From: Octopus sinensis | Taxonomy: Eukaryota | Assembly (NCBI RefSeq): GCF_006345805.1 | Contig: NC_042998.1 | Span: 1,116,001-1,180,000 of the forward strand | Direction of reading: 5' to 3' | Length of the DNA stretch: 64,000 bases | Part shown: positions 1 through 12,614 of the stretch, piece by piece | Layout: each line of letters begins with the position of its first letter | How positions within the stretch are numbered: position 1 is the stretch's first letter | Notes under the pieces: model-generated | What the model saw: the letters and a program-made list of their open reading frames with translations, nothing else | Database searches by the model: none | What the model was told of the DNA's origin: nothing | Program-made: the position numbers and the translations under genes

Positions 1-75
1 CGCCTCCACTTCCTCTTCCGCCCCCTCTTCCTCTTCCGCCTCCTCTTCTTCTGTTTCGCCCCTTCTTCCCGCTCT

Positions 76-105
<30 letters not shown>
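76..105. repeat. (TAC)n microsatellite next to CTT-rich low-complexity sequence
   Basis: Direct reading: tactactac... run. Confidence 0.95.
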
Positions 106-109
<4 letters not shown>

Positions 110-442
110 GAAGGAAGTAGTAGCAGTTGCCTCTATGCAGTTGCTTCAACTATTAGAAATAGCTATCAAAGCTATCAAATACCCTCAAATCAAGCTAGAT
201 CAGCTCTAAAGAAGGATGTACATACCTTCTCCAAGATATGTAAAAAGACGAATCAGTCATGGCTGGAGAGTCTTCCACCAGAGGCTTCCTTAACCAGAGC
301 TGATTCACAGAATGACAAATATAAAGAGCTGAAGTATAGTGAATCGAATAAACGCACAGCATAAGAATTATTGGTTCTACTTGCATCGACTTCAGATGAA
401 AGAAAAGGCAAATCGATCGTGACAAATTTTGAATTCATAATA

Positions 443-659
443 TACGAAGGGGGGGGGTGCTGAAAAGTTCACTTTAAATTTGTCAGGAAGGGCCTGTCTG
501 GAGACCCAACCTTCCGAGTTCCATTACAGGGCTTAGAAAAGCCGAAGGTGAGCTGCAATAAGTGTGTGCATCTGAGAGAGGAATATGTTGAATAAAATCA
601 ATTGATCCTCCTGTGTTTTCTTTTACCCATAGCCAGAAACTTTCCATCACCTCCTCGTA
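443..659 (+). mobile_element. Mariner-derived MITE (~217 bp), copy 1 of 3
   Basis: Imperfect TIRs tacga(g)n-tgctgaaaagtt / aaactttccatcacctcctcgta with TA ends. Interior retains a mariner C-terminus (GLEKPKVSCNKCVHLREEYVE*). Homologous to 19747-19966 and 60656-60877. Confidence 0.8.
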
Positions 660-932
660 AATGTACAGAGCAAAAATCCTTTAAGAATTTTGTTCGCTGC
701 TTCATCGATTTTGTCATCCATCAATCTTTATGTAAGCAAAATACGTAAAATCATTTCGAACATAAACAAAAGTCCATACGTTTTGCTAGAAAGTGTTCTC
801 ATCGACTAAATCGCAATCCACCATACTTGATTTGCATTATCTTATAATGATGCAAACAAAGCAGAATTTGAACTCAGTTTGTAGAGTCGGAAATAGACAA
901 CGCAAGATATTTTGTCGGATGAGAGGGAACAT

Positions 933-1350
933 AAGCGGCGAGCTGGCAGAGTGGTTAGCACGCCGGGCGAAATGCGTAGCCGTATTTCGTCTGGCATTAC
1001 GTTCTGAGTTCAAATTCCGCCGAGGTCGACTTTACCTTTCATCCTTTCGGGGTCGATAAATTAAGTACCAGTTACGCACTGGGGTCGATGTAATCGACTT
1101 AATCCGTTTGTCTGTCCTTATTTGTCCCCTATGTGTTTAGCCCCTCTGTGGGTAATAAAGAAATAGGTATTTCGTCTGCCGCTACGTTCTGAGTTCAAAT
1201 TCCGCCGAGGTCGACTTTGCCTTTCATCCTTTCGAGGTCGATTAAATTAGTACCAATTACACACTGGGGTCGATATAATCGACTTATTCCCTTTTTCTGT
1301 CCTTGTTTGTCCCCTCTATGTTTAGCTCCTTGTGGGCAATAAAGAAATAA
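933..1350 (+). mobile_element. tRNA-derived SINE family A, dimeric form (full unit plus 5'-truncated second unit)
   Basis: A-box-like ggcagagtggttagc and B-box-like gagttcaaattcc. Second unit starts at gtatttcgtctgcc (~1167). 15-bp TSD gatgagag(g/t)gaacat at 918-932 and 1351-1365. Confidence 0.9.
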
Positions 1351-1734
1351 GATGAGAGTGAACATTGAATTGATAGTTTTCGCCATAAGCTGAAGTAATG
1401 CTAGGTTCAGATTTACTTTCTCACACTATAAATACATTTATGTCATGTTTATTTGTGAAAGCAGCTCTCATGTAATATAGTGGCTTTTTTTTTTGTTTCC
1501 CGGGGATGTACCCTTCATGTAGCTTTTGGCTTCTTATGATTTGGATGTGTTAGGTTGGAACTAAAGTCCTGACGCATTTTTGGTATGATCACTTTGAGGG
1601 TACTTTTGCAAAACGCGCAGTAAAATAAGCTAAGTTTTTACATTCTAATGGCATTTTTATTTATTTCTTTGCAGTTTAATGTATACCATAGTGGTTGAAC
1701 TCATATCGATTTTACCCATTTAAAATTAATTTTA

Positions 1735-2025
1735 ATCAGATCCATATTAAACACTGCTTGCTCTGCAAATTCAAAACAGGTTCTTCAGCAATGGAAGCAG
1801 CAAGAAATATGGGTTTCGTCTTCTGGGAATGAAGCTGAAAGTTTCCAATCCTGCCAATGTTGGCTTCGCTCTGGAATGCTTCTTTCACACGATCCCCTCG
1901 ATCTGGACAATCAATTTCTGTCAATATTGAGCTTCTAAACCGTAGTTGAGGAAAATCGAAAGCAAACCACGAGAATTAGCAAAACAGTTCAATTCAAGTC
2001 ACACTTCAATCATAATCATAAACAC
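1735..2025 (+). pseudogene. Degenerate mariner transposase N-terminal (HTH) fragment
   Basis: Frameshifted translation gives CQCWLRSG..SHDPPRSG..VEENRKQTTRELAKQFNSSHTSI, typical of the mariner DNA-binding domain. Confidence 0.7.
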
Positions 2026-2116
2026 CTTCATGATCTATATACATATATACATATATATATATACGTTTATATATTTGTTTTGCAAGATTTTTGATGTGAA
2101 ATCGTGTGTTGAAACA

Positions 2117-2270
2117 GATATTGTTGTATTTAGGAATGGTTATTTTGCCAGTTTAGCCAAAATAAGATTAAGATTAATGTAAAAAATAAATAACGCTGAA
2201 GCAAAGTAACACCAAGTATATAGTGCGTGTGTTTTTATTGGCTAAACTGGCAAAATGACCATTCCTAAAT

Positions 2271-2282
<12 letters not shown>
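2117..2282. repeat. Inverted repeat (~48-bp arms) abutting a (TA)n tract
   Basis: ttgttgtatttaggaatggttattttgccagtttagccaa versus ttggctaaactggcaaaatgaccattcctaaatacaacaa. Confidence 0.9.

Positions 2283-2354
<72 letters not shown>
2278..2354. repeat. (TA)n/(TGTA)n microsatellite
   Basis: Direct reading. Confidence 0.95.
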
Positions 2355-2356
<2 letters not shown>

Positions 2357-2815
2357 GAGAAAAGACCACACACATACATATTTATATGTTCTTTGTGTTT
2401 AATTATTAAATTCCTCCTTTTAGGAAGGAGCTGGTTTACAACAAAGATACAAGGCTCCAAAGTATGTATGCATGTGTGTATGTGTGTATGCTCTTACGAA
2501 TTCAGTATTTGAGTTTTTCTTTGTGTTTATCGCTAGAACATTTTGCTTGCCCCAAAATGGCAGGGCATGAAATGCTGAAGCGAAAGCAATAAATATTCAG
2601 TTCCTGTATTCAAATGGAAGAGACGCTATAAGCAGAGTGTACTGCTACAACCACACATATACAAATATACATAACATATAGAGATAGATAAATATGGGGA
2701 GCCTACATCGGAAATGCGCATCATTTGATATATATTTGTGAGTGGTTATATTTCAATATGTGTATATGCAATGTAGTATACAATTCTATATGACTACACA
2801 GCAACATAAAAGCAG

Positions 2816-2817
<2 letters not shown>

Positions 2818-2910
<93 letters not shown>
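2818..2910. repeat. (CA)n(TA)n microsatellite
   Basis: Direct reading. Confidence 0.95.
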
Positions 2911-2913
<3 letters not shown>

Positions 2914-3294
2914 AACACATAGTAACAGACACACATACACACACACGCACACACATACACACTATACTTGGATAAGGTGTATGTTTTCCTATCAAAGTTT
3001 TGCACAGCTTCACTTTGTCTTGCTGCCTAATCGCCGAGAATAATGTTTGTTCTCAGCAACGCAAGCAGGCAGAAGCATGCACAGTAAACTGGAAGTATCT
3101 GATAGGTAATAAAATATTATTCACGGCTCTAATGGCTGCGATATATTGCAACAGTGTGCTGCTTACGAATTGGCGACGCGGAAATTGTAATATAGCGGAG
3201 TCAATGCAGATAGCAGCCATTGTTTATAATTTCCTTTCTTCAGTTTGATTATCTTATGTAGTTATCGGATCATTTCTTCCAAATTTCCTTGAGC

Positions 3295-3311
3295 ATATAT
3301 ATAATATATAT

Positions 3312-3363
<52 letters not shown>

Positions 3364-3428
3364 TATATATATATATATATATAATATATATATATATAAT
3401 ATATATATATTATATATATATATATATA
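3295..3428. repeat. (TA)n microsatellite
   Basis: Direct reading. Confidence 0.95.
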
Positions 3429-3584
3429 CGCTCAAACACAAGAGCACGCACCTTCCACATATATATTATGTGTGTGGTGTGTGTACGAGTGTTTTCATTA
3501 TATATACATATAGACATACATGCATGCATATATGGATATGTATGTATGAATATGTGTATATTTGAGTTTACGTTTGAACCCCAC

Positions 3585-3750
3585 CACAGATTGACAACCG
3601 GTGTTGGTTTGATTATGAACCCGTAGTTTAGCGGTACGGTAAAATCAAATAAAATAAGGTACCAGACTTAAAAAAAGTTCAGGGTAGCTTTGTTTGACTA
3701 AACCCTTCAAACAATGCCCCCAGCATGGGCGTACACTGGGACAAGTAAGA
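3585..3750 (+). mobile_element. SINE family B, diverged 3' half
   Basis: ttgacaaccggtgttggt...aataaggtaccagactt...gactaaacccttcaa...gccccagcatgg, homologous to the 3' halves at 60320-60500 and 61430-61630. Confidence 0.7.
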
Positions 3751-3873
3751 GATAATACATACCTATATGTATTATGATTTACTTGTTTCAGTCATTGCGC
3801 TGCTGCCATATTTGTATACAAACATATACATATATATGTGCATGTACACACAAACACACACACACACACACAC

Positions 3874-3920
<47 letters not shown>

Positions 3921-4206
3921 ACCACATACCACTACACCATACACCACCATACCACACAACATATCACATCACATCACACCACCACGCACACACTAGCACT
4001 GACCACTTCCCAGCCCCACATCTTCACACCTACACATAAACACACGCACACATCAAGGTCACCAACCCTCTTCCACACGCAGATACATACTCTCTTATAC
4101 AGCCGCACGCGCACCTTCGTTTTAGGACCACCACTACTTTATTATCTCCCCTTCTTCCTAGCTCTCCTGTATGACCCTACTGTTTGGCATTCGCCATGAT
4201 AGATCT

Positions 4207-4383
4207 CTAGCCACTACACATTCTTTATTTATTTTCTCTCCTTGTTTCTTTCTGTGTTCTTTTCTGTGGAAAAGCGTAGGCTCCAAACGTTAAAGACTTT
4301 TCCACTTCCCGAGCGTTAAAATAATACATCTGTTTGTTGACTACACCACCTGTCTTCGTCTTTTGCTTTTTGTTTTGTTTTTT
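4207..4383 (+). mobile_element. Interspersed repeat with degenerate hammerhead-like motif (probable Penelope-like terminal repeat), copy 1
   Basis: Closely similar to 50118-50293. Contains ctgtgga-a-aagc-gtag-gctc-caaacgt. Confidence 0.6.
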
Positions 4384-4417
4384 TGTGAATTTTCCCTATA
4401 TATGTGTGTGTGTGTAC

Positions 4418-4595
4418 AGCTGTTCCATTTGGTCAGATCAACGGAACACCCTGCTCGTAAAATTAGACTGCAAGTGGCTCAGCACTCCACTGCCACGTTT
4501 ACCTTTAACATAGTTCTCAGTGAGACTATGAATTACAAGTACAACCGATTTTTGTTATCAGTTGAGTGGACGAGAGCAACGAGAGATAAAGCGTC
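4418..4595 (-). mobile_element. SINE family C fragment
   Basis: Reverse complement matches the 3' region of 18320-18695 (gtggagtactcagccactt...gttccgttgatc). Confidence 0.7.
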
Positions 4596-4597
4596 TT

Positions 4598-4950
4598 GTT
4601 GAAGACCACATGGTTCCGGGTTCAGTCCCACTGCGCGGCATCTTGGGCAAGTGTTTTCTACTATAGCCTCGGGCCAACCAAAGCCTTGTGAGCAGATTTG
4701 GTAGGCGGAAAGTGAAAGAATCCCGGCGTATATGTGTGTGTGTGTGTGTGTTTGTCCCCACACCATCACCTGACAAATGATGCTGGTGTGTTTATGTAAC
4801 TGTAACCTAGCAGTTCAGTAAAAGAGACCAATAGCATAAGTACTAGGCTTACAAAGAATAAGTCCTCGGGTCAATTTGTTCGACTACAGGTGGTGCTCTA
4901 GCATGGCCGCAATCAAATGACTTAAACAAATAAAAGAATTAAAGAATATA
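4598..4950 (+). mobile_element. SINE family B with short internal (TG)n
   Basis: ccacatggttccgggttcagtcccactg...cttgggcaagtg...gaaagaatcccggcgt-(TG)n-...aataagtcct...gcatggccgcaatcaaatgactt. Confidence 0.85.
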
Positions 4951-5151
4951 TACATACATATATATATGTGTGTGTGTGTGTTTAAGGTAAAAGTATGTTT
5001 ATTATAACTTGACATAAGAGCAAGCGTTAATATATATATATAGTAATATTATTATTAAGAATAAAAGTAGGGAAGGTAATTCCAAACTTACAGGGAAAAA
5101 TTCAATTTCGTAATTCCAAATCAAATTTCACAATATATATTATATGTATAT

Positions 5152-5399
5152 AATTAAGAGAAATAACCTCTCTCAATTAATTCAATATAGAAAGACTTTA
5201 TGTATATCATATAGAAAAATTTAAATATATTATAATAAATATTGTTCAAAAATTACTAAATTAAATAAATGTTTATTTAACTTAATGTTTATTTAATTTA
5301 GTGATTTTTTTAATAACATTTATTATAGAATATTTAATTTTTTTATATGATATAGACGAAGTCTTTCACTATTGAATTACTTAACAGAGGTTATTTCCC

Positions 5400-5410
<11 letters not shown>
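5152..5410. repeat. Imperfect inverted repeat (~120-bp arms, short spacer) ending at (TA)n
   Basis: aagagaaataacctct..aattcaatatagaaagact..atatcatata versus tatatgatatagacgaagtctttcactattgaatt..agaggttatttccctt. Confidence 0.8.
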
Positions 5411-5448
<38 letters not shown>

Positions 5449-5537
5449 ATATAGTCAGATTTGTTGTTGAAATGCACCTAAATTTGAAAAACTTGTAACT
5501 GTTTAAAATAAATTTATTTATATATATACCAAACTAG

Positions 5538-5798
5538 TGGAGGCGATGGCATAGTGATTAGGGTGTCAGCATCCTGATCGTAAGACTGTGGTTTCGATTC
5601 CTGGACCGGGCTACGCATTGTGTTCTCGAGCAAAACACTTTATTTCACGTTGCTCCAGTCCACTCAGCTGGCAAAAATGAGTTACACTGCGATGGACTGG
5701 CATCCCATCCAGCTGGGGAACACATACGCCATTGAAACCGGGAAACCGGGCCCATGAGCCTGGCTAGGCTTTAAAAGGGCGCATTGAAAAAATTATTA
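5538..5798 (+). mobile_element. tRNA-derived SINE family D (V-domain-like centre)
   Basis: A box tggcatagtgatt, B box ggtttcgattcc, central ctgcgatggactggcatcccatccag. 14-bp TSD atataccaaactag at 5524-5537 and 5799-5812. Confidence 0.9.
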
Positions 5799-5829
5799 AT
5801 ATACCAAACTAGTTTCAATAATGTTTTCC

Positions 5830-6370
5830 TTGGTCTAGAGATAAGTGACGTCGGCAACTGGTGTTTGTATGGTGATTTGGAGTTGCGATTTCGAAACCCG
5901 ATGGAAGAGTAACTTTTTTAGGGATTGCGGTTGTCTCTTGAGGGACAGACTAACGGTGCACAAGAAACACATCTGGGACCCCACAACTAACAAAATTTCC
6001 GTAAGCAAACACCTAGACCAATGTCCCCTAAACATAGACCCAAAATGCCAAATCTTTCCTCTATCAATGCACCGGAAACACTTCAGTTAATTCCGTTTAA
6101 ATAAGGAAAGCATAATCATTAAAAAATATAAACCACAGCTGAATATCCTTTAGAAAGAAAGAGAAAAAGGTAAAAAGACTCAATTTCTCTACAAAAAACA
6201 ACAACCAGGAACAACAGATAATTTTTTAAAACTTTAGTAACAGTCTTCCACCCGGATTTCGAAACCGCAACTCCAAATCCCCATATAAGTACCAGTTGCT
6301 GATGTCAACTATCTCCAGACTAATGAAATTTTACAAACACCAATTGCTGACGTCACCTAACTCTAGATCA
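5830..6370. mobile_element. Foldback/MITE-like element with ~90-bp imperfect inverted ends; right arm partly duplicated
   Basis: gagataagtgacgtcggcaactggt..atttggagttgcgatttcgaaacccgatggaaga versus the reverse complement of 6243-6315 and 6330-6370. Confidence 0.65.
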
Positions 6371-6996
6371 ATCAAAATCGAACTTGAGGAAATACAACAA
6401 AATGATCCTTTAAGAGAATCAACCAACCGGAACGACTGATGACCGTTCCCCACAGGGAAGCCAACCGGGCAGAACGACAAACTTGACCACCAGAAAAACA
6501 AGAGGTCACCAGCACTTTAATGAATCCAAAATCAGATCCGCTCGCGGAAAAGAAAATCATAAATACACGATATTGCAAAACACACCGCTACAATGGAGAG
6601 CTCCTACACGCGACGGAAAGAGGATCAGAGAAACTGTAAACGAAGTCCCTTTTTTTTTTACTACCTTCATTTCTCCCTTGTTCCCCTCCCCTCTTAACTC
6701 ACACCTGTCTAACACTAATGAGCTTTCTACCTTCAAACAAATTGATGCACAGGTTTAATATTATTGACTGTTATGAATATTTACCTTGTCAACATCGAAA
6801 TTTCTGAGCATGTTTTCCTAATTCATAATTCTAAATTTGTCCCTGATGAACATTTTAACTTGTCAACTTTGAAACTTTTAAAGACGTTTTTCTAATGCAT
6901 AATTTAAAATATTTACCAATGATAAACAAAAAATATTGTTGAAACTAGTTCCACAAATTTGGCTATCATTTTCCTGCGTGGAAATACCCTGCCTTT

Positions 6997-6997
<1 letters not shown>

Positions 6998-7068
<71 letters not shown>
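6998..7068. repeat. (TA)n(GA)n microsatellite
   Basis: Direct reading. Confidence 0.95.
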
Positions 7069-7073
<5 letters not shown>

Positions 7074-7316
7074 ACAGAGATTGATAGATATAGATATAAA
7101 GAGAGAGAGGGAGAGGGAGAGAAAAGGGGAGAGAGATACGCATATATATATGTATATATATACATATATATATATACATACATAATATATACATGCATTC
7201 ATATTTATATCTATACACACACACGCGCGCGCGCACACACACATATATATATAATTAATAGAATAAGATTAAAAAAACCCAAGGCTGCGAATAGTTTGCA
7301 GAACATTTATAAAGAG

Positions 7317-7366
7317 GTCTTACAGCTGTTTCCTGGATATATTTCATATATACCTTCATCAGAGAC
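7317..7366 (-). ncRNA. Type I hammerhead ribozyme motif
   Basis: Minus strand: gtct-CTGATGA-a gg(t)atatat gaa atatat cc ag-GAAA-cagctg-TA-agac. Stem I gtct/agac, palindromic stem III ACAGCTGT, GUA cleavage triplet. Base of stem II is irregular. Confidence 0.75.
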
Positions 7367-8126
7367 GGTGCCTGCAATAAACAGACACATTTACCTAGTC
7401 CCAGGAAAAATCAAAATTATCTGTGTCCCCATTGTGATTCCATAGGAAAATCGATACCTCGACTCAAAATACATTCACGCATCCATCACAAATAGATGCA
7501 GCTTCTTTTGTTTTCTTTTTAAAGGCTGTTTTCTCTTTTCCCCACTTATTCTATTTGAATGCTCTCTTTCAAACACTCATACGTTGGAATCGATGTGAGT
7601 GACCATCATCACATCTATATCTATGGACGTATATTTATGTGTGTGTAACGTAACGGGAAGTTGCAACTGCTTCTGTTTTGTATATTATCATGCATTGCGA
7701 CTATCACCCGATATTATTAGTTAATATCCTGAATTTGTGCATATATACTTTATTGTTTAACAAGCCCTTTTTTAAACAACGGTGCTCTTTGTTTCGAAGT
7801 CACACTGAAAAGCAATCACTTTAGAGTTCGTAGAACATATTACACACACAATATTCATAAACTGGCAAACAAGAACGAAATATTTTTTAGAATAACCCAC
7901 CACGTAGTTCAAATGTGCCTCACGGAGTACAAAACGTAGCTGAAACTTCAAACATCTGAGTAATACAAAGCAAAGAATTATAGTGACGAAATTTCAGAAG
8001 CGCTACACACACAAACGCATGCACATACACGCCTGTGTAATTGTCCGTATATACATATATATATATATGTATGTATGTATGTACGTATGTATGTATGTAT
8101 GTATGTACATATATATATATATATAT

Positions 8127-8127
<1 letters not shown>

Positions 8128-8188
<61 letters not shown>
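8128..8188. repeat. (GATA)n microsatellite inside a compound TA/TGTA tract
   Basis: Direct reading. Confidence 0.95.
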
Positions 8189-8189
<1 letters not shown>

Positions 8190-10457
8190 CTTAGATATGT
8201 ATGTATGTATGTATGTATATGTATAAAATTCTGTCTTTTCATTTAGTCACGAAAATTTGATCGAAAATGTTCCAAAATGTATTCTAACGCCTAAGTAATA
8301 TTATTTTACATCTCAATATTTGCAAATATGTTACATTACTACATTACATTGTGTGTGTGTGTGTGTGTGTGTGCTACGTGTGTGCGTGTATGTGTGTGAG
8401 CGCCCGCGTGTGTGAATGAATGCGTGTATATATACATATATGTAAACATATATATATATATAAGCAGGTATGTATGCAACTGTTCATATCTACATACATG
8501 TTTGTACGATTTGTATAGAATTCCCGACAACATTTAGATTTCCTGTTGAAATGAATTCGCTAACTCGTGTAATACCCTTAGGAAAAGCTTACATTTCTCC
8601 CGGCAGCACAACTGTTAGATTTATGTCTAATAATAAAATCATGTGTGTTTAACATTGCATATATTTTTTATGAATGTATAAGACGGGTGTGTGTGTGTAT
8701 ACACATGCACATTTATTTGCTTGAATACATCCCGTAAGAAAATAGAATACCAAAGACTGTGACGTCACTGAAGTTAAAATGTAATTCTTTGTATCTTGAA
8801 AATTGTTGTATTCCAATCTGCTAGGATACGTTTATAACCGAACGCAGCCATTAACAATATTGGCCAAGGAGTGAATTCTACACAACAAAAAGTAGCAGCT
8901 AAATCTACCTCAAATCGAAAACTGCTGCCTTAAAAAATAGGAAGTACGGCGGTACATATTGAACAGTTTACTCCCCTCAAAGCCGTGCAAATAAGTTGAC
9001 TTATTTTAATAAGTTAAAAGGGTGAAAGTGTTCATTATTTAACGGTGACAAGATTGAAACGGAAGTATAAAGAAGTAAATATCTTTTGACAGGGTTTTTT
9101 CTCACCCTTTTTCCCATGCACCATTTCGATTTCAGAAAGAAGCGCTGCAACCGGGATAATAATTATTCTGCTTTTTAAATATCTTTTGCTCTGAACACGG
9201 TGGTTATATGTCATGTATGTCTTGAACTAATCGATATACTGGCTAGCTCTTCCTTCTCTCATTACCTCTAATGTATCTTACCCCCAAACACAACATTACT
9301 CGCTTTGTGCAACCGGTTTCTTATAGCCCAGTTTATAGGTGTCAAAATGCGATAATTCAAAATGAATATCAACCGCGTAAATATTAGCTGCTTGAGAAGG
9401 TCACCAAAGTCATGGCTGATTCGCCTACATCTCTTCTCCATTCACAAAATACTTAATTCTAAAACGCTGTACTTACTACCAGATTTTTCTTTCTTTGTTG
9501 AAGTGTCTTTAGTGAAACAAACAAAATGTTAATGAACGTTCATAAAATTTATATAAATGCAGATATGAGTGTGCTTTTGTTTGTGCTTGCATGCAGCTAC
9601 GCACATTACTATTCGCATATGCACCAGTTTATAATCTGATCTTGACCAACATTATATGTAAAAAAGAAAATAATTAAAATAAAATAACAAGTTCTAAAGC
9701 CAAAAAATCATGTGTTTAAAGACAGTCAATAAGATTTGGCAAAATCTTAGCAACAAAACAGTCGAAAGAAACAACACCAAAGCAACTCCACTAAGAAAAT
9801 AATCGGATTAAATGATTATTAAATGTTTCAGTGAATGGTTTTATTATATTTAATTGGCAAGTAAGATTGGGAAGGTTGCCCGCTTTAATTAAAATCTATT
9901 TTAATAAGAGGGTAAGTGTAAACTTTTTAAACGATATAGATATAAAGCTTGAATATGAAGCAGCTTTTTCTTTTTCATACAAATATATTCTTCAAAAAGC
10001 AAAAAGCAACCCGGGTTAGTTGTACTGAATGAGTTAAAGGAGATGAAACAGCAAGAAGAGAATATAAAAGCCTGTTTTCATTAAGATTAGCGTTGTACTG
10101 AGCAAGTACATCTGGAAATGTTTCATATTTGGCTCAGAGAAACTGGTTTTAAGACGCTATGAGTTTCTACATTGTAAGAACGGCAATTAATAAAGACATT
10201 TTTCTGTAATTACATTAAAATAAACACAGCAACAATTGATTATTTCTCAGAAAGTTTATTATTTCTCTGTTTCGAATTTATTGTATTTCTATGACTTCAG
10301 TTTCGGAGACAAAAGAAATCTATAATAAAGAAGTGTTAAGTTCATGTTATCATTTTTAATGGAGACAGCATTAATAGACTAATTAGAAATAATCATGCGG
10401 AAAAGTCAATATAATTCATTGACTAATGTCTAATATTATTTTATTTTCCGAATATCT

Positions 10458-10680
10458 CCATGTGAGCTGGCAGAGTCGTTAACACGCCGGGCAAAATGCT
10501 TAGTAGCATTTCGTTCATCTTTACGTTTTGAGTTCAAAATCCGCTGAGGTCGACTTTGTTTTTCATCCTTTCGGAATCGATAACGTATGTACCAGTCGAG
10601 TACTGGGGTCGATGTAATCGACTTAATCTCTCCCTCAAAATTACTGGCTTTGTGCCAAAATTTGAAACCAATATTCATAG
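10458..10680 (+). mobile_element. SINE family A (diverged 3'-end variant)
   Basis: gagctggcagagtcgttaacacgccgggc...gagttcaaaatccgctgaggtcgac...ctggggtcgatgtaatcgac. Confidence 0.85.
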
Positions 10681-11114
10681 CTACACTTTGTTTCAATCGG
10701 CTTGTTCTCAGATTATAATATAGTGTCTAACTCTTAGATAAAACGGTATCGATAAGCTGCATTAAAAGTAGGAACTATTTTTAAATTAAGAGCAATAATG
10801 AGCTTATTCATTAATTCACTGACACGTGTAAGTGTGTCAGTGATCTAGTGCACAGAACCAAATCTGGAATAACAAATTTAATGGAGATCGGAGACGAAAA
10901 AATTGTTTTATCCTTAAAGATGGGATCAATTGTCCTGAAAGTTATATTATTAATAACACCAACTCATCTCAGGCCGTTTGAGATTTCATTAAATCTTACC
11001 ACAATTAGGAGCTTTATGGTAATGTTTGAAGATCCCAGTAAGGAATAAAAGGTTTACTCTTTGTATAAAAACGGATGACTGAGTGATACAACTTTTCTTA
11101 TGCAGCACGTGATA

Positions 11115-11335
11115 CTAAATATTGGTTTCGAATTTTGAATCTACACCAGCAAGTTCGGGGAAAAGGTAAGTCGATTATATCATACCCAATTAGTACTTAT
11201 TTCAATTTTATAGAACTTGAAAGGATAAATGGCAAAGTCGAGCTCGGCGGAATTTGAACTCAAAATGTAAAGCCGGTCGAAATACTGCTATGCATTTTGC
11301 CCGGCGTGCTAACGATTCTGGCAGCTCGGTGCCTA
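11115..11335 (-). mobile_element. SINE family A, diverged
   Basis: aaagtcgagctcggcggaatttgaactca...cccggcgtgctaacgattctggcagctcg. Confidence 0.8.
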
Positions 11336-11559
11336 AATTTGATCTTAAATATTGGTTGACATTTTTATCGGAAATAAACATGATACATTTGTAAGTGCTT
11401 TAAAGGACACTAAGTCCTGTATATCACTGAAAATTTGTATAAGTGTTACCGTCATTATTTTCAGATAATTTGGTAGATGTGAAAATATTAATTATACATT
11501 TTATTTTTGTACAAATAGTAACATTTCTTACTATTAGTACATTTCAGTAATATTCATTT

Positions 11560-11750
11560 CAAATTTTTTGGTGCAAGGCCAACAATTTCAGAGGGGGTTA
11601 AATCGATTACATCGACTGTAGTGCTCAACTGGTACTCATTTTATCGATCTCGAAAGGATGGAAGGCGAAGTCAACCTCGGCGGAATTTGAACTCAGAACG
11701 TAAAGACAGAACAAAATACCACTAAGCATTCTGCCAGTTCACCGCCTTAC
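11560..11750 (-). mobile_element. SINE family A, diverged and internally deleted
   Basis: aatcgattacatcgac...gtcaacctcggcggaatttgaactcagaacg. Confidence 0.8.
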
Positions 11751-12302
11751 ATTTTAGTCACATTAGAATAAGTAATTGCATTTAGACAAAATAAGTTTCA
11801 AATTACACTGATAGTATTTGTGAAAATCAAATATTTTTCTTAATGTAGGAATTTTGTTTTTATGATTAGCCTATATTTTGCAAAATTTTCTGCAGTGTTT
11901 GGGTTTATGATACTTTCTTCACATTTGGATATTGTTTCACTATTCGAGTAACAGTATCACTAATTGCCTTCAGTTAGTGATGTTACTACTTGACATAGTA
12001 TATATTAGAATTCTGCATTTTACTGTCTCTGTACTTCAAAGAATGGACATGATCACATGATATCAGTAGCTAGGCTATACATGTATTTTTACTTTGCGAG
12101 TTTGTTTAGAAATCGGTGACATTGTATGTTTTGAAAATGGCCAACTGTATTCAACTCATGAAAATATCGACTTGTTAGTTCGGCGCCATCTTGGATATAT
12201 ATATAGTCAATAATAAAAGGGTAAAATTAATTAATTATTAATTAATAATTTTACCAAGTAGTGTTCAGTATGTAAAAAGACCATTTACGGTATACTTAAA
12301 AC

Positions 12303-12614
12303 ATTACGTTATATAATTAGGGTGCAGTAAAATAATTTACTTTACCACACACCGAACTTTTAGAAATAGCAGCCAAAAAATTTAGCTATTTCCTCTACTA
12401 TAAGAAAAGTCTCCCAGACAATGTATACTCAAAAATAATTCACATAGGTATAGAGGGGAAAATAACGAAAGATCACACATACATCGATTACTTGAGTATA
12501 CATTGTCTGGGAGACTTATAGTAGAGGAAATAGCTAAATTTTTTGGCTGCTATTTCTAAAAGTTCGGTGTGTGGTAAAGTAAATTTTTTTACTGAACCCT
12601 AATTATATAACGTA

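Noticed and set aside
6444-6490. CTGATGA followed by a ccg..cgg stem as a hammerhead
   Set aside because: No GAAA after the stem, and no stem I or III.
10848-11048. 66-aa plus-strand ORF ending near a GTAAGG donor-like site
   Set aside because: No recognisable homology and a weak acceptor.
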